DNA of 64,000 bases from the human T2T-CHM13v2.0 reference genome, Homo sapiens. The stretch lies in assembly GCF_009914755.1 (NCBI RefSeq), contig NC_060926.1; one strand, 5' to 3'. Below are positions 18,031 to 31,617 of this stretch, one piece after another; positions within the stretch are counted from its first letter, which is position 1, and every line of letters begins with the position of its first letter. Under the pieces are notes generated by a model, which was not told where the DNA came from, searched no databases, and saw only the letters and a program-made list of their open reading frames with translations. Made by a program: the position numbers and the translations under genes.

Positions 18031-19867
18031 TGCAGAAGTATTTTTAAATAATGTCCCCTTAAACTTGTTCTATATCATATGGAAACAGAGTATTAAAATA
18101 TTTCAATGTGATCACAGATTTGACCATTTCCCCACTTATTTTGGATGAGTTTTACTTTCCATATGCTATTGGGAATATACACATTTAGAATGTTATATAT
18201 TTCTGGTATATTGGCCTTTTTATCAGTATGGAGTATACTTCCTACACAGAAGTTTATTTTTTGACGTTATAATAGCTAAAACTTTTTTATTTTTATTAGT
18301 CTTTGTATGGTACAGGTAAAAAACAAACAAACAAACAAACACACACTAACAACCACTCTGATTTCTTACCCCAGACCCATAGACACTTTGTAATATTATC
18401 ATGAAATTAATTTTTTGTAACACTGTTCTTAGAATGAAGTCAGATAAGATAAATGTTTGAATTTAACTATGTGACATATCAAATCAATTTCCTTGGCTAT
18501 CAGATTTATTTATGGTAAGTAGTTTCATTGATTAGTTCTAGGTACACTGGAAGGCCCGTGATTTAGCTCTTGCTTCTAATAGTTTGGTTGATAAACACAT
18601 ATAGAAGTTAGGTGAGAAATGGAAGAGGTGCTTTCTCTGAGCTGAAATTGTGTGCACCTGTTTCACTCTCATCTTTTGTATTTGAAGGTATCTTGTTTGA
18701 TGAATGGGCTGCAAATTGTGTCTGAGATGGCAAGTTTTCTCAGTGCAACTGCTGTTGGGCTGTGCTTATCTCCTGCTTTTTTGTGTTTTTGATTTGTTTT
18801 TCACTTAAAATTCAGTAAATAGGTATTGAAAACATTTTCACTTATGAATGATTCTGTCAATTCTGTACATAGAATCAGCTATGTCATTCTACATCATATG
18901 TCAATTGTCATGTAGTTTTGTCCTATCATTTTTCTTCCTTCCAAATTCTGAATACCTATATTTTTATTAAATATGTGTTTCTTATAATCAACAAAAAGTA
19001 TTTTTAAACAAATCTAAGAATAACTGTCATTTAATTGGGGAATTTTGTTTATTTGTATTTAGTATAATTACTGTTACATTTGTAACCTACCATATCGTTA
19101 TGTGTTTTCTATCTAGACGTATTGTTCTATGTTCCTTTTTTCTCTCTTTTTATCTATTTCAAGTTTAAGGTGTTTTACTGGTAGCTTTTACTTATACAAA
19201 CTTTTACCAAATGTTGTTTGTTGTTTTTATGCCAGAAATTATAACATGCATTCTTGGCTGGTTGACATCTACTGTGAATAAATATTTTAACTGCGACCAA
19301 GACCAGTGTAAGGATTTGAGAAGAATTTAACTTCTTGTGCCCATCTCCAATATTTTATGCTATTGCTGTCTTTAATTCAATCATCTATCTATCTATCTAT
19401 CTCCCATCTATCTTTACTCTGTCTCCATCTTTTATCATTTTCAATAGTCTCTGTACATATTTCCCATATTTGTCCCTTTTTACTTATCTCTGATTCTTTC
19501 TTCCTTCACCTAAGATTATATATTTCCTGCCTCGAGTTTATTATTTCACATATTTTATATATGTTGCTGCAAAATATTCTTAGCTTTGCTTTTGCTGAAT
19601 GTGTCTTTATTTTGCTTTCAGAATGAATGATACTTTCATTTTATATAGAATTCTAGAGTGAAAGATTTTAAGTTTTTTGAAAATCAACCTCCATTCATTT
19701 ATTTCTGCTTCAGACTGGACACTTTTTTTCTGACCCACCTTCTATCTCCCTAATTCTTTCTCTAGTCATGTCTAATCAGCTAGTAAGTACATTGCATCAG
19801 TCTATATCTAATCAGAGACAAAAACCACATACTAATTTAAATAGGTGGTGTTTAATAAAGAATTATT

Positions 19868-22800
19868 GAGAGGATTCCGGGAAGATAGCAGACTAGGAAG
19901 CACTAGAAATCTATCTTTTCACCTAGACAATAATTGAACTGGCAGAGTGTGTCTGATGTAGCTATTTCAGAACTCTAGACTATTAAAGGTTTGCAACTTC
20001 CAAGGGAAATCTTGAACAGTAGATTCTGGTTATTTTACTCAATTTCAGCCTGAAGCACAATAGTAGCTACCATTTCCCACCACCAATCCCATAGCAGGCA
20101 GCTAAACAGGCATTCTTGGAACAACCTCCACATAGCTTGTGGGAGCCAGAGAGGGCAAAAATAGCCCTGTCCTCCAAACATCAGGGATCTGTGCTCTAAT
20201 TACTAATGCCTACTTTTGATTATAGAGATACAGAAAAATAGGTGGATGGCCATTGTAGGTGCACTCCCCTCATTGTTGCAACATTGCCCCCACAAGTGAC
20301 TTCCAGGAAATTTAAAGGACCAGCATCCTTTCCCCTACATCATTTTTTCTCTTTTGTCTTTTTTTCCCCTTTGTTTGTGAGCCAGGCATTTAATACTAAG
20401 ACACTCAAACTGCATGTATGGAGAAAATCAGAAAGTGACTATGCATGCCCAGGGACAGATACAGGCTCAGAACACACCAGAGAAGATATTTGTTTACATC
20501 TAAGGCTGATCCTTGGCACAGAGACAGCTGACAACAACACAAAATAATAATTTCTCAAAAACCCTAGGGAAAGTAGACAATATGATTTTTAGAATTACTA
20601 CATTATTAGATTCAAATGCCCAGAGTCAAAAAACCACACACAAGAAATAAAAAATAGATAGAAACAGGAATGTGTGGTCCATTCAAAGGAAAAAAAATAA
20701 ATCAACAAAACTTCCCCTGAAAAAGACTTTATGGCTGATCAACTAGACAAAGATGCTAAAACAACTATTTTTAAAATGCTCAAAGAATCAAAGGAAGATA
20801 TGGAGAAAGTCAAGAAAACAATGTTTAAACAAAATGGAAATATCAATAAAGAGATAAATCTCAAAAGTTTGGAACTGAAAAGTACAGTAACTGAAATGAA
20901 AAATTAACTAGAGGAATTCAGGGCAGATTTGGGCAGGTAGAAGAAAGAAGTAGCAAACTGGAAGACAGAATAATAGAAAATATCGTGTTTGAGGTGCAAG
21001 AAGAAAAAAGATTGAAGAAAGTGAACAGACCCTAAGGAAGCTGTGGGACAACATATGCATTGTGGGAGTCTCAGAAAGAGAGGGAAAAAAAACAATGGGT
21101 CAGAGAGAATTTTTGAAGAAATGAAGGATGAAAGCTTTCAAAGTTGATGAAAGCCATGACCACCCAGGAAGCTCAGTGAACTCCAAGTAAGATGAACACA
21201 AAGGGACCCATACCAAACCACTCTATAATCAAACTTTCAAAAGACAAAGAGAGAATCTTCAAAGCAGCAAGAGAGAAGCAATTTGTCACACAGAAGGGAT
21301 CCACAATAATATAATCAGTCGATTTCTCATCAGAAACGTGGGAGATACTCCCACATAAACAAAAGAGGAGTAAATGTATTACCACTAGATCTACCCTGCA
21401 AGAAATGCTTAAGGGAACGATGCAGGGTAAAATGAAAGAACACTAGATGGCACCTTGAAGCTGTATGAAAAAGATAAAGATATCGGTAAAGGCAAATACA
21501 TGGCAATTGTAAAAGTTAGCATTATTAGCATTATTATACCAATAGATTGAATCTTCACTTTCTGTATGCTACATGATTTAAGAAACTAATAGATTTTTAC
21601 AAAGCAATTATTAAAGACTAGTATTATGGTAACTTTGGTTTGTAACTCCACATTTTGTTTTTATATACTTTGGAGACTAATTAATGCATTTAAAAGAATC
21701 ATTAGTTTATGCCTTAGGGCACACATTGTATAACACTGTAATTTTGTGTTAACAAAAATTACCCAACGACCACAGGTGAGGTGGCAACAGAGTTATTAAA
21801 TAAGCAGAGCTTTTGTATGTTATTGAAGTTAAGCTGATATAAAATAAAATTAGAGCGTTATAACTTTAGGATATTAAATGCAATTTCCATGGTAACCACA
21901 AAGAAAGTAGCTATGGAATATGAACAGAAGGAAATGAGAATAGAATTTAAATGTTTCATTATAAAAATAATAAACACAAAGAAATATAGTAATGCAGAAA
22001 ATGAGGGACACAAAAGCTGTAAGGCATAAAGAAAACCAATATCAGGCAGGGCACAGTGGCTCACACCTGTGGCTCCCAGCACTTTGGGAGGCCGAGGCGG
22101 GCAGATCACTTGAGGTCAAGAGTTTGGGATCAGCCTGGTGAAAATGGTGAAGCCCCGTCTCTACTAAAAATACAAAAATTAGCTAGGCTGGTTGCAGGTG
22201 CCCTGTAATCACAGCTACTCGGAAAGCTGAGGGATGAGAATCGCTTGAACTCGGGAGGCGGAGGTTTCAGTGAGCAGACATCGCGCCGCTGCACTCCAGC
22301 CTGGGAAATAGAGTGAGTGAGATTCCTTCTCAAAAAATAAAAAAGAAAAGAAATATCAAAATGACAGCAATAAATACCTATTTATCAGTAATTATTTTGA
22401 AATTAAATGGATTAAAAAGAAAGATTGGCAGAATGAATGATACAACCATACAAGATACTTTAGATCCAAAGATACAAATAGGTTGAAAGTAAAAGGATGA
22501 AAAAAGATATTCCATTATTCCATGTAAATATAACTGAAGGAGAACAGGAATGGCTATACTAATATCAGACAAAATAGACTTTAAATCAAAAAAGTTTACA
22601 AGAGACAAAGAAAGGTATTATATATTAATGAAAGTTTCAACACAGCAAGAATATATAAAAATTATAAATATTTACACACCTAATAACAGATCATCAAAAC
22701 ATAAGAAACAAAACCTGACAGATTTACAGAGAGAAACATACAGTTCTACAATTGTAGTTAGAGACTTCAATACCGCATTCTCAATGGAGAAAAAAACCAG
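19868..22800 (+). mobile_element. Ancient L1M 5' region (5'UTR, ORF1 remnant, ORF2 EN start)
   Basis: gaagatagc start, A-rich ORF1-like region, EN-like peptide 22550-22804 (AILISDKIDFK...NIYTPN...RDFNT). Confidence 0.8.
22045..22345 (+). mobile_element. AluS
   Basis: Alu dimer with A tail; TSD-like aaagaaaa(cc/ga)aatatca. Confidence 0.92.
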
Positions 22801-23623
22801 ATAGAAGAGAAGAAGTACAGAACACAAAAGGCAAAATAAGCCAAATGTACCCAACAACAACAGCCTGGATTTGGGGACCAGACTGCTCACAATCAAATCC
22901 TCGCTCTACCTAAGGCTGTCTACATAACACTAAATATGCATCAAAATGAGAAGTAAAATGCTAATTTATTAAAATGTATAAAATGTTTGGATCCACTTTG
23001 GCACATAGTAATAACTATATGATCTTTAGCAATTTATTATTTTTCTAATATATGGAAAAGAAAAATGATGAATTAAGTTCCCTGAAGCTCTTTCAAAAAG
23101 TCTTTTTCTTATTCAGCACAATAAACTTTATTATTTCTCTAAACAGGTCTAAAATTCTAATTGTAAAATGAAAACCTATCCAATTATATAATATTTCCTC
23201 ATTTCCAGATATTTGGTACCGGGGTCCTAGTGAAATTCTGCAAATACCCAAAGGATATGGTCAATAAAATAAAAAGCCAGGTTCTCCTGAAAATGCTGGA
23301 CCAATTGACTATTATCTTCCCAGTTCATTAACCATTTCTAAGAGAAATACTAGCTATTGTTTGGAACATTAGCTAGGCTCTAGTGTTCAACCTCAAGTCC
23401 TTGATTTCAACGAGAACTTACTTTCCAGGTTGAAAGTAACTTTCCAGGTATCTTCTTGTTTTCCTTTCATTCATTTATTTGCTTATTCATTCATATAACA
23501 TTGAGATATATTATTCAATGAGCAAGCTGTTCCCCGCCTGAAGAATCTGTGGTAACCAAGAACTCCTAGACCCATGGGTTATCCTAAACTTGACTTGGCG
23601 TGGAGTCCTCATGCCAAACCCTC

Positions 23624-23970
23624 AAGATAAATAAATAAATATAATAAATATTATATTTATTTTATATTTAATATATTATATTTAATATATTCATTATATT
23701 ATATTTAATAATCTATTATATTTATTATATTTATTTTATAACCAGGATAAATATATGTATATTTTATATATTTATGCATATAAATTTTATTTACATATAT
23801 TTTATATTATATATTTGTTTATTCTAAATAACAAAGATAAATACATATGTATTTATATGTATATTTATAAATATATATGTATCTTGGTTATTCTAAACTG
23901 TATATATAAAAATATAAATATATATTCCAATAAAATATATATATTTATTTATCTTGGTTATTCTAAACTT
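23624..23970. repeat. AT-rich low-complexity block with internal direct and inverted repeats
   Basis: tatcttggttattctaaact at 23880-23899 and 23950-23969; inverted near-copy at 23739-23753. Confidence 0.85.
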
Positions 23971-24984
23971 CTCCTTCAGATATTTTAACTCCAATTTTGC
24001 CTTAATTCTTTGGCTTGTAAAAATAATGCCCTGGGATGCATTCTCCCTATTCTACAGGAGAAAAGTTTGTGTGCTCATGGGCTTGTGGAGGGAGTGGGGC
24101 TGTATGTAGCAAGGAGGGAGATAATGTATTGCTAGAGACAGCCAAAAAAAAGAAAAGACAATTACCTGCTGTTAGAGTTCAGCTCATTCAAGGAAAAGCC
24201 AACTGACATGTGAAATAAAGAGCATTTCCTGGGGTTTTATAACATGTGTTGCCGACAGCTATGGTGCACAGTTTATCTACAATCAGCTGAGAATTTCTGC
24301 TCAGAAGTATAAGAAATGGATTTTTCTCTCTAAATTGGGGCTTAGCAAGGGAACATGGGGAAATGAAGATGTCTGAGAGATTAGAGTCTACAGATTGCAG
24401 CATGAATAGTTTGAGCTAGTGACACCTCCCTGCCTTTACTTGTAAGCAACTCTTTCACAGGGAAGTTTCTAGGTTGTAGCAGAGTATTGGTGCCTTTCAC
24501 AGATATTATTGTTATCATGGGTGGAGCTAGAATGCTTCACTCCCATTGGAGAAGAGATTATAATAAAAATGCAGACACAGGATTGTGGAAGGAGCATTTT
24601 TCTAATAAACCCCCAGTTAAAACAGAAATACTTCTATAGAGGAAGTTGAGGTACTACTCATTTAGTTTCATAGATGTTGTTACTATTCAGAAAGCCTTTA
24701 ACTGAAAATTAATGTGTTAAAACACATTACCACTATCTTCAGCGTATTAAGTTCTTCTGGATCAAAAATTGAAATCAAATAGTATTCAGTATTTTTTCGT
24801 CAGTTATTTACATATATAAAATACATATACAAATGTTTCAATATTTTTATATTTTCATCAGTCATTTACATTGTACAAGGTGCTGTTACGTACTGGAGAC
24901 AAAAATCTATGGCATGCCCACTTTCAAGATAATTTTCGTACTCAATTGTGTTTAGATACTGAGAACTGAATCCAATATACATTC

Positions 24985-25292
24985 TTTTTTTTTTTTTTTT
25001 TTTTTTTGAGATGGAGTCCCGCACTGTGCCCAGGTTGGAGTGCAGTGGTGCAATCTCAGCTCACTGTAAGCTCTGCCTCCTGGATTCACACCATTCTCCA
25101 TTCTCCTGCCTCAGCCTCCTGAGTAGCTGGGATTACAGGCATATGCCACCACACCCAGCTAACTTTTTGTGTTTTTAATAGAGATGGGGTTTCAATGTTG
25201 GCCAGGCTAGTCTTGAACTCCTGACCTCATGATCTGCCCGCCTCAGCCTCCCAAAGTCCTGGGATTACAGACGTGAGCCACCATGCCCAGCC
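24985..25292 (-). mobile_element. AluS with a 7-bp internal duplication (ccattct x2)
   Basis: Poly-T, antisense Alu dimer, TSD-like cattctt. Confidence 0.93.
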
Positions 25293-25779
25293 TGACATCC
25301 ATTCTTGTGTCTATCCTATGCTACCAATTCTCGAACAAAGTATGTTTCTCTGTTTTTGCTGAAGAATGCTTGAATTGGGAAAAAATTACTTAGCCATTTG
25401 CTTCAGGAAATAACTGTTCTTGGAAAATGAAACTGAACAAACTAAACAGATAACTTATCAAGAATAACAGCTTGTTTGTCAGTAATCACTTTAAATCCAC
25501 ACTTCGTTGCACCTACCATTCCAAAGCTGTTTTCTTATAAATTTTGCCTAATTCAAACAGTTTCATCCCTTGCAAAGCCTACTTTTTTGTCTTTTGAATA
25601 AAAATGACCCTACGCAAGCCTTTATACTATAAGTATTGTGTTCTGAATGCATCCTTTCTAAGACATGTTAAAATTCTGCCAAAGTGATAGTCTCCTTTAC
25701 TGTGTTATGTTTAATAAATTTAACTTTGTTTTCATGTCTTCAGCAGGTTTTTCTGGTAGCCAGTTTTGGGAGTTTAGCA

Positions 25780-25915
25780 CAGGAGTTGATGGCTTGTTTT
25801 TGCCCAATCTAATAGCTAAAAATTGTTTTTACATTTTGAAGGGTAATATATGAAATAATAATATGCAACAGAGACTATCTAATCCTTTTCAGAAAAACAT
25901 TGCCGATCCTTGCAC
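25780..25915. mobile_element. Possible hAT-Charlie (MER3/MER33/MER58-like) remnant
   Basis: 'gtttttacatttt' and 'cagaaaaacattgccgatccttg' resemble these MITE termini. Confidence 0.35.
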
Positions 25916-26369
25916 TAGACTGAGACTTGAGGAATGACATCAACTCTACTACTACTAACTGGATCTGCTACATGGGGCTGCAGGAATTTGAATATTTTGC
26001 TGAATCTTTTTGCAATTTACATTATCACCAGTCTTAAGTGTCCATGGTCCTTCCCAGGCCTCTGTCTGCAGTTTTATTGTGATCTGTTTTCTAAAAATGT
26101 CTCCTTTTAGTTATTAGAAACAACGTATTTCTTGTTCCAACAAAGTTCCAAGCTACATTTGTTTTAGGTTAGCATGTGAATGTGAATTGAGCAATTGTAT
26201 ATTTTCCTTAATTCTAATTATCATAGTTTATAAATAGAATTATGTTCTGATCTCCCTTCCTTATTACCCACCAAATCACACACAGCTGAAAGAAAATTTG
26301 AACTGAATATGTTGAAAAGTTTACAGACTGTTTTGTCTTTGTCAAATATAGTATTAATATCATCGTGGC

Positions 26370-26845
26370 ACATGTTTGGCAGATTTAAAATTATATGGAC
26401 ATATATGATAAATTCAATATACAGCTGGACAATGGTCAGGCCATAAATGACAATAAAATCTGCCCCATAATCCCTGTGGCAACCAGCCCAGGAAGCCAAC
26501 TATAACCTCTGCAAGCAATCAACCCAGAATGCTCAGCACTTGTCAGTGATTGCCCAGCTTCCACAATGTTTGCCCTTGATTCCAACTCAGGATCAATCAG
26601 AGAAAGCCACATATGCTTTGAAACCAGTCACATAGGATGCTCTACTTTTAGGTAGCCCCATGCCAAAAGCCTGCAATCAGGGTAAACTGAAGCTTTTCCT
26701 TTTGTCCCCTATAAAGCTTCCCACTCTGCTGACTGCCTCTGAGTCTCTGCCCATTTCAAGTAATGGTGACTGATTCTCTTGCCGCAGTGAGCTCTGCAGA
26801 AATACTCTGTGCTTGATCTCATGTAGTGGTCTTTATTTATTTATG
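26370..26845 (+). mobile_element. Ancient ERV solo LTR (MER110-like)
   Basis: LTR-like layout with TATA (ctataaag at ~26709); 'ccaactcaggatcaatcagagaaagcc' recalled from old LTR consensus; boundaries approximate. Confidence 0.4.
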
Positions 26846-28049
26846 CTGTATTTTCAAAGGCAAAAACAAATATATCTTATTTACATACATTCCCCTTTGC
26901 TTTTGGTTTTTTTGTGATGGGTTAATCAGCCTGGCATCTGCCACTCTGGAAACAGCCATTTCTCTTCTCCTCCCCCAGTGCTAGGTGTGAACTGTGTGAA
27001 TGCTTTTGAATATCACTAAGTTACATTTAGTATTAACTTAAAAATTGAGAGTAGAAAGTAAGATACTGCCTGAGCCTGTGAAAGCAGGCACTACCATATG
27101 AGAAAATTCTTTAGGTCCATGATATTAAACGTTTTATCTACCTTGCCTTTTATTTGTTTTTTCACTTGAACATTTAGTTGTGTATTTTGCTTTTCTAATT
27201 TATTACGACTTTTCCTGGAAAGTGTTTAGTAGTACAGGAACAACATATTGGAATCCTGAAAAATGGATGCTAACCACATATAGAGAATTATAGTTTAAAA
27301 GAAAATGTACTAATTAAAACAAGTCTCAACTATTGAGTTCTGAATCTATTTTATTGCAAGTCTAGCTCTATAAAGAGTTTGTGGGTACCTGTGTATTGCA
27401 CAAGTTAAATGTGAAACACTGAAACTAGTGAAAGATGATTTTATGGAAGGAATGTGTATGTTTCATGAAAAATGATGCAGTAGCAAAAGCCATACAGCAA
27501 GCATGTAGCTATCAAAGACAAGCTGAGTATCTCACCCTCTTGACTGCAGTGAGTCCTGCTCCATTAATGACTATCAGAGACTTGCCATTATGTCTTATTG
27601 AAAATGTTCATCCATGTTATGGTTAAGGCATTGTGTGCTTGAATATAATAATAAACACTTTACATGTACATACATATAATTTCTTGATTTTAAAACATTC
27701 ATCATTCCATGTTTTGACTATTCCCAAACCAGGATGTGACTTCGAATTCCTGCCAAAATAATCCTTCCAACCCTAGAAAAAAGAGTTAAGTGCTAATGTA
27801 GGCATTACTGCTGCGCGTGCATGAATTCTGCCCTGTGAAAATGATCTCTATTGACAGTATTGCCTCAGTTCAGTTATTTGCACAACTATCACTATATGCA
27901 ATTGAATTATAACTTACATTTGCACATCATCATGACTGAAAATATTTTACCAAAATTAAACTGAGAAGCAACACTAATAGTAGACTATATATGAGATACT
28001 GTAAGTACAAAAAAAGTATAGAATTAAAGTAGAGAAAGATAGTTTTACT

Positions 28050-28462
28050 TTTCATGCGCTTCTGTGTGAAGAGACCACCAAACAGGCTTTGTGTGAGCAA
28101 CATGGCTGTTTATCTCACCTTGGTGCAGGCAGGCTGAGTCCAAAAAGAGAGTCAGCGAAGGGAGATAGGGGTGGGGCCGTTTTATAGGATTTGGGTAGAT
28201 AAAGGAAAATTACAGTTGAAGGGGGTTGTTCTCTGGCGGGCAGCAGTGGGGGGTCACAAGGTACTCAGTAGGGGAGGTTTTGAGCCAGGATGAGCCAGGA
28301 GAAGGAATTTCACAAGACAATGTCATCAGTTAAGGCAGGAACAGGCCATTTTCACTTCTTTTGTGGTGGAATGTCATCAGTTAAGGCAGGAACCAGCCAT
28401 CTGGATGTGTACGTGCAGGTCACAGGGGTATGATGGCTTAGCTTGGGCTCAGAGGCCTGACA
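28050..28462 (-). repeat. HERV-H 3' LTR (LTR7)
   Basis: tgtcaggcctctgagccc...catgaaa on minus; PPT ataagaagacgggaa adjacent (28463-28477). Confidence 0.96.
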
Positions 28463-30430
28463 TTCCCGTCTTCTTATATTAATAAGAAAAATAAAACAAA
28501 ATAGTGGTAAACTGTTGGGACAGTGAAAATTTTGGGGGGTAATATGGAGAGATAATGGGCGATGTTTCTCAGGGCTGCTTCGAGTGGGATTAGGGGTGGC
28601 GTGGGAACCTAGAGTGGGAGAGATTAAGCTGAAGGAAGATTTTGTGGTAAGGGGTGATATTGTGGGGTTATTAGAAGAAACATTTGTCGTGAAGAATTAT
28701 TGGTGATGGCCTGGATACAGTTTTGTAGGAATTGAAAAACTAAATGGAATAAGAGAAGGAGAAAAACAGGTATAAAAGGTCTAAGAATTGGGAGGACCCA
28801 GGACATCTGATTAGAGAGTGCCTAAGGAAATTCAGCATAGTCCTGCCAGCAAAGATTATTTATTTACTTCAAGAGTTAAGAGTGGCAGTTTGGGGATAGC
28901 ACCAGGAGATATCAGCTGTGATGGCTTGGAGAAACAGTGTAAACCGGCAGTGTAAACAAGAGCAGGGCATGTATGAGTAGTTGAGAATGGTGAATAGGAG
29001 TATGACTAGACAGAAGATAGTAGGGATGACAAGTTTTTTAGCGGCACAGTCTAAGTTGGTCTGGTGTCAGGAATGAGACTGGGGCCTAATAAAAAGGAGC
29101 TCAAATGGATTGTACCCTGTAGCATTCTGAGGACAGGTCTGACTTCTGAGAAGGGAAAGTGGTGAAAGTATTGTCTAGTCCTTTTTAAGTTGGTGGCTGA
29201 GCTTGGTGAGGTGTGTTTTTAAAAGACCATTAGTCTGTTCTACTTTTCCTGAAGATGGAGGATCGTAAGGGATATAAAGGTTTCACTGAATACTAAGAGC
29301 CTGAAAAACTGCTTGGCTGATTTGACTAATAAACGCTGGTCTGTTATCAGACTGTATAGAGGTGGGAAGACTAAACTGAGGAATTATGTCTGACAGAAGG
29401 GAAGAAATGACTGTGGTGGCCTTCTCAGACCCTGTAGGAAAGGCCTGTACCTATCCAGTGAAAGTATCTACCTAGACTAAGAGGTATTTTAGTTTTCTGA
29501 CTCAGGGCATGTTGAGTAAAGCTAATTTGCCAGTCCTGGGTGGGGGCAAATCCTCGAGCTTGATGTGTAGAGAAGGGAGGGGGCCTGAATAATCCCTGAG
29601 GAGTAGTAGAATAGCAGATGGAACACTGAGAAGTTATTTCTTTGAGGATAGATTTCCACGATGGAAAGGAAATGAGAGGTTCTAAGAGGCGGGCTAATGG
29701 CTTGTACTATAGCATAGCCTGCCTTTGCTGGTGTGTGGCGATTAGACCTGGTGGAACTGCCATCAATAAATCAAGCATCAGAGTGAGGAACAGGAAAGAA
29801 GGAAATATGGTGAAATGGGGTGAATGTCAGGTGGATCAGAGAGATACAGTCACGGAGATCAGGTGTGGTATCAGGAATAATGTGGGAGGCTGGATTGAAG
29901 TCCGGACCAGGAACAATGGTAATTGTGGGACTTAACAAAGAGTGAGTACAGCTGAAGGAGCCGAGGAGCAGAAAGTATATGCATCAGGTATGAGGAAGAA
30001 AATAGATTTTGGAAGTTAGGAGAAATGTAGAGAGTGAGTTGAGCATAGTTTGTGATTTTGAGGGCCTCTAAAAGTATTAGGGCGGCAGCAGCCACTGCAC
30101 GGAGACACGATGGCTAGGCTAAAACAGTAAGGTCAAGTTGTTCAGACAGAAAGGCTACCGGGAGCGGTCCTGGCTCTCATATAAGAATTTTGACCGCACT
30201 AACCATGCCTAGGAAGGAAAGGAGTTGTTGTTTTGTAAGGGATTGAGAGTTGGGAGATTAATCGGACATGATCAGCAGGGAGAGCACATGTGTTTTTATG
30301 AGAATTATGCCGAGATAGGTAACAGATGAGGATGAAATTTGGGCTTGATGAAGTAATGGGGGCTGCCTGTGAAGCCTTGCGGCAGTACAGCCCAAGTAAT
30401 TTGCTGAGCCTAATGGGTGTCAGGGTCAGT

Positions 30431-30733
30431 CTAAGTGAAAGCAAAGAGAGGCTGGGATGAAAGGTGCAAAGGAATAGTAAAGAAAGCATGTTTGAGATCC
30501 AGAACAGAATAATGGGTTGTAGAGGGAGGTATTGAGGATAGGAGAGTATATGGGTTTGGCACCACAGGGTGGATAGACAAAACAATTTGGTCGATAAGGC
30601 GCAGATTCTGAACTAACCTGTAAGCCTTGTCTGGTTTTAGGACAGGTAAAATGGGGGAATGGTAAGAAGAGTTTATAGGCTTTAAAAGGCCATGCTGTAG
30701 CAGGTGAGTGATAACAGGCTTTAATCCTTTCAA
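30431..30733 (-). pseudogene. pol: HERV-H pol RT N-terminal remnant
   Basis: SPILPVLKPDKAYRLVQNLR...YSVLDLKHAFFTIPL retroviral RT motifs. Confidence 0.88.
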
Positions 30734-31311
30734 AGCATGCTGTGGGATGGGAGATTGGCATTGAGTGGGGTAAGAGTGATTAGGTTTTAATGGGATGGTA
30801 AAGGGTGCATGATCGGTCGCTAAGGAGGGAGTAGAGGTGTCTTATACTTGTGAGTTAAGGTGGGGAGATACAAGGGGAGGATGTGAAGGAGGCTTTGAAC
30901 TGGGGGAAAAGGCAGCAGTGAGGTGTGGCTGTAGCCCAGGAATAGTCAGGGAAGCAGATAATTTAGTTAAAGTGTCTCGGCCTAATACGGGAACTAGGCA
31001 GGTGGGGATAATTAAAAAGGAGTGCTTAAAAGAGTATTGTCTAAGTTAGCACCAGAGTTGGGGAGTTTTAAGAGGTTTAGAAGCCTGGCTGTCAATACCC
31101 ACAACAGTTATGGAGGCAAGGGAAACAGGCCCTTGAAAAGAAGGTAATGTGGAGTGGGTAGCCTCCGTATTGATTAAGAAGAGGACATACTTACCCTCCA
31201 CTGTGAGAGTTACCTAAAGCTCGGCGTCCGTGATGGTCTACGGGGCTTCCAGGGCAATCGGGCAGCATTAGTCTTCAGCTGCTAAGCCAAGAAGATCTGG
31301 GAAGGAGTCAG

Positions 31312-31617
31312 TCAGAGAGCCTTGGGCCAGAGTTCCAGGGGCTCTGGGAGTGGCTGCCAGGTGAGTTGAACGTCCGATTTCCAGTGGGGTCCCGCACAGA
31401 TGGGACACGGCTTAGGAGGAATCCTGGGCTGTGGGCATTCCTTGGCCTGGTGGCCAGATTTCTGGCACTTGTAGCAAGCTCCTGGGGGAGGAGCTTCTGG
31501 AGGAACGCCTGGCCACGGCAGTTCAGACGTTTGGAAGTTCTTGTGTGCTGGAGATGTGGCTGGGGTTTGTCTCACAGTGGAGGCAAGGAATTGCAACTTT
31601 TTTCTATTATTGTACAC
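31312..31617 (-). pseudogene. gag: HERV-H gag nucleocapsid remnant
   Basis: Zinc knuckle CYKCQKSGHQAKEC and a second, degenerate CPICAGPHWKSD. Confidence 0.88.

Noticed and set aside
15727-19626. Multiple Phe/Leu/Ile-rich membrane-like ORFs
   Set aside because: Compositional artefact of antisense L1M sequence
25330-25775. Possible old LTR (TATA-like and AATAAA)
   Set aside because: Could not define termini, TSD or family
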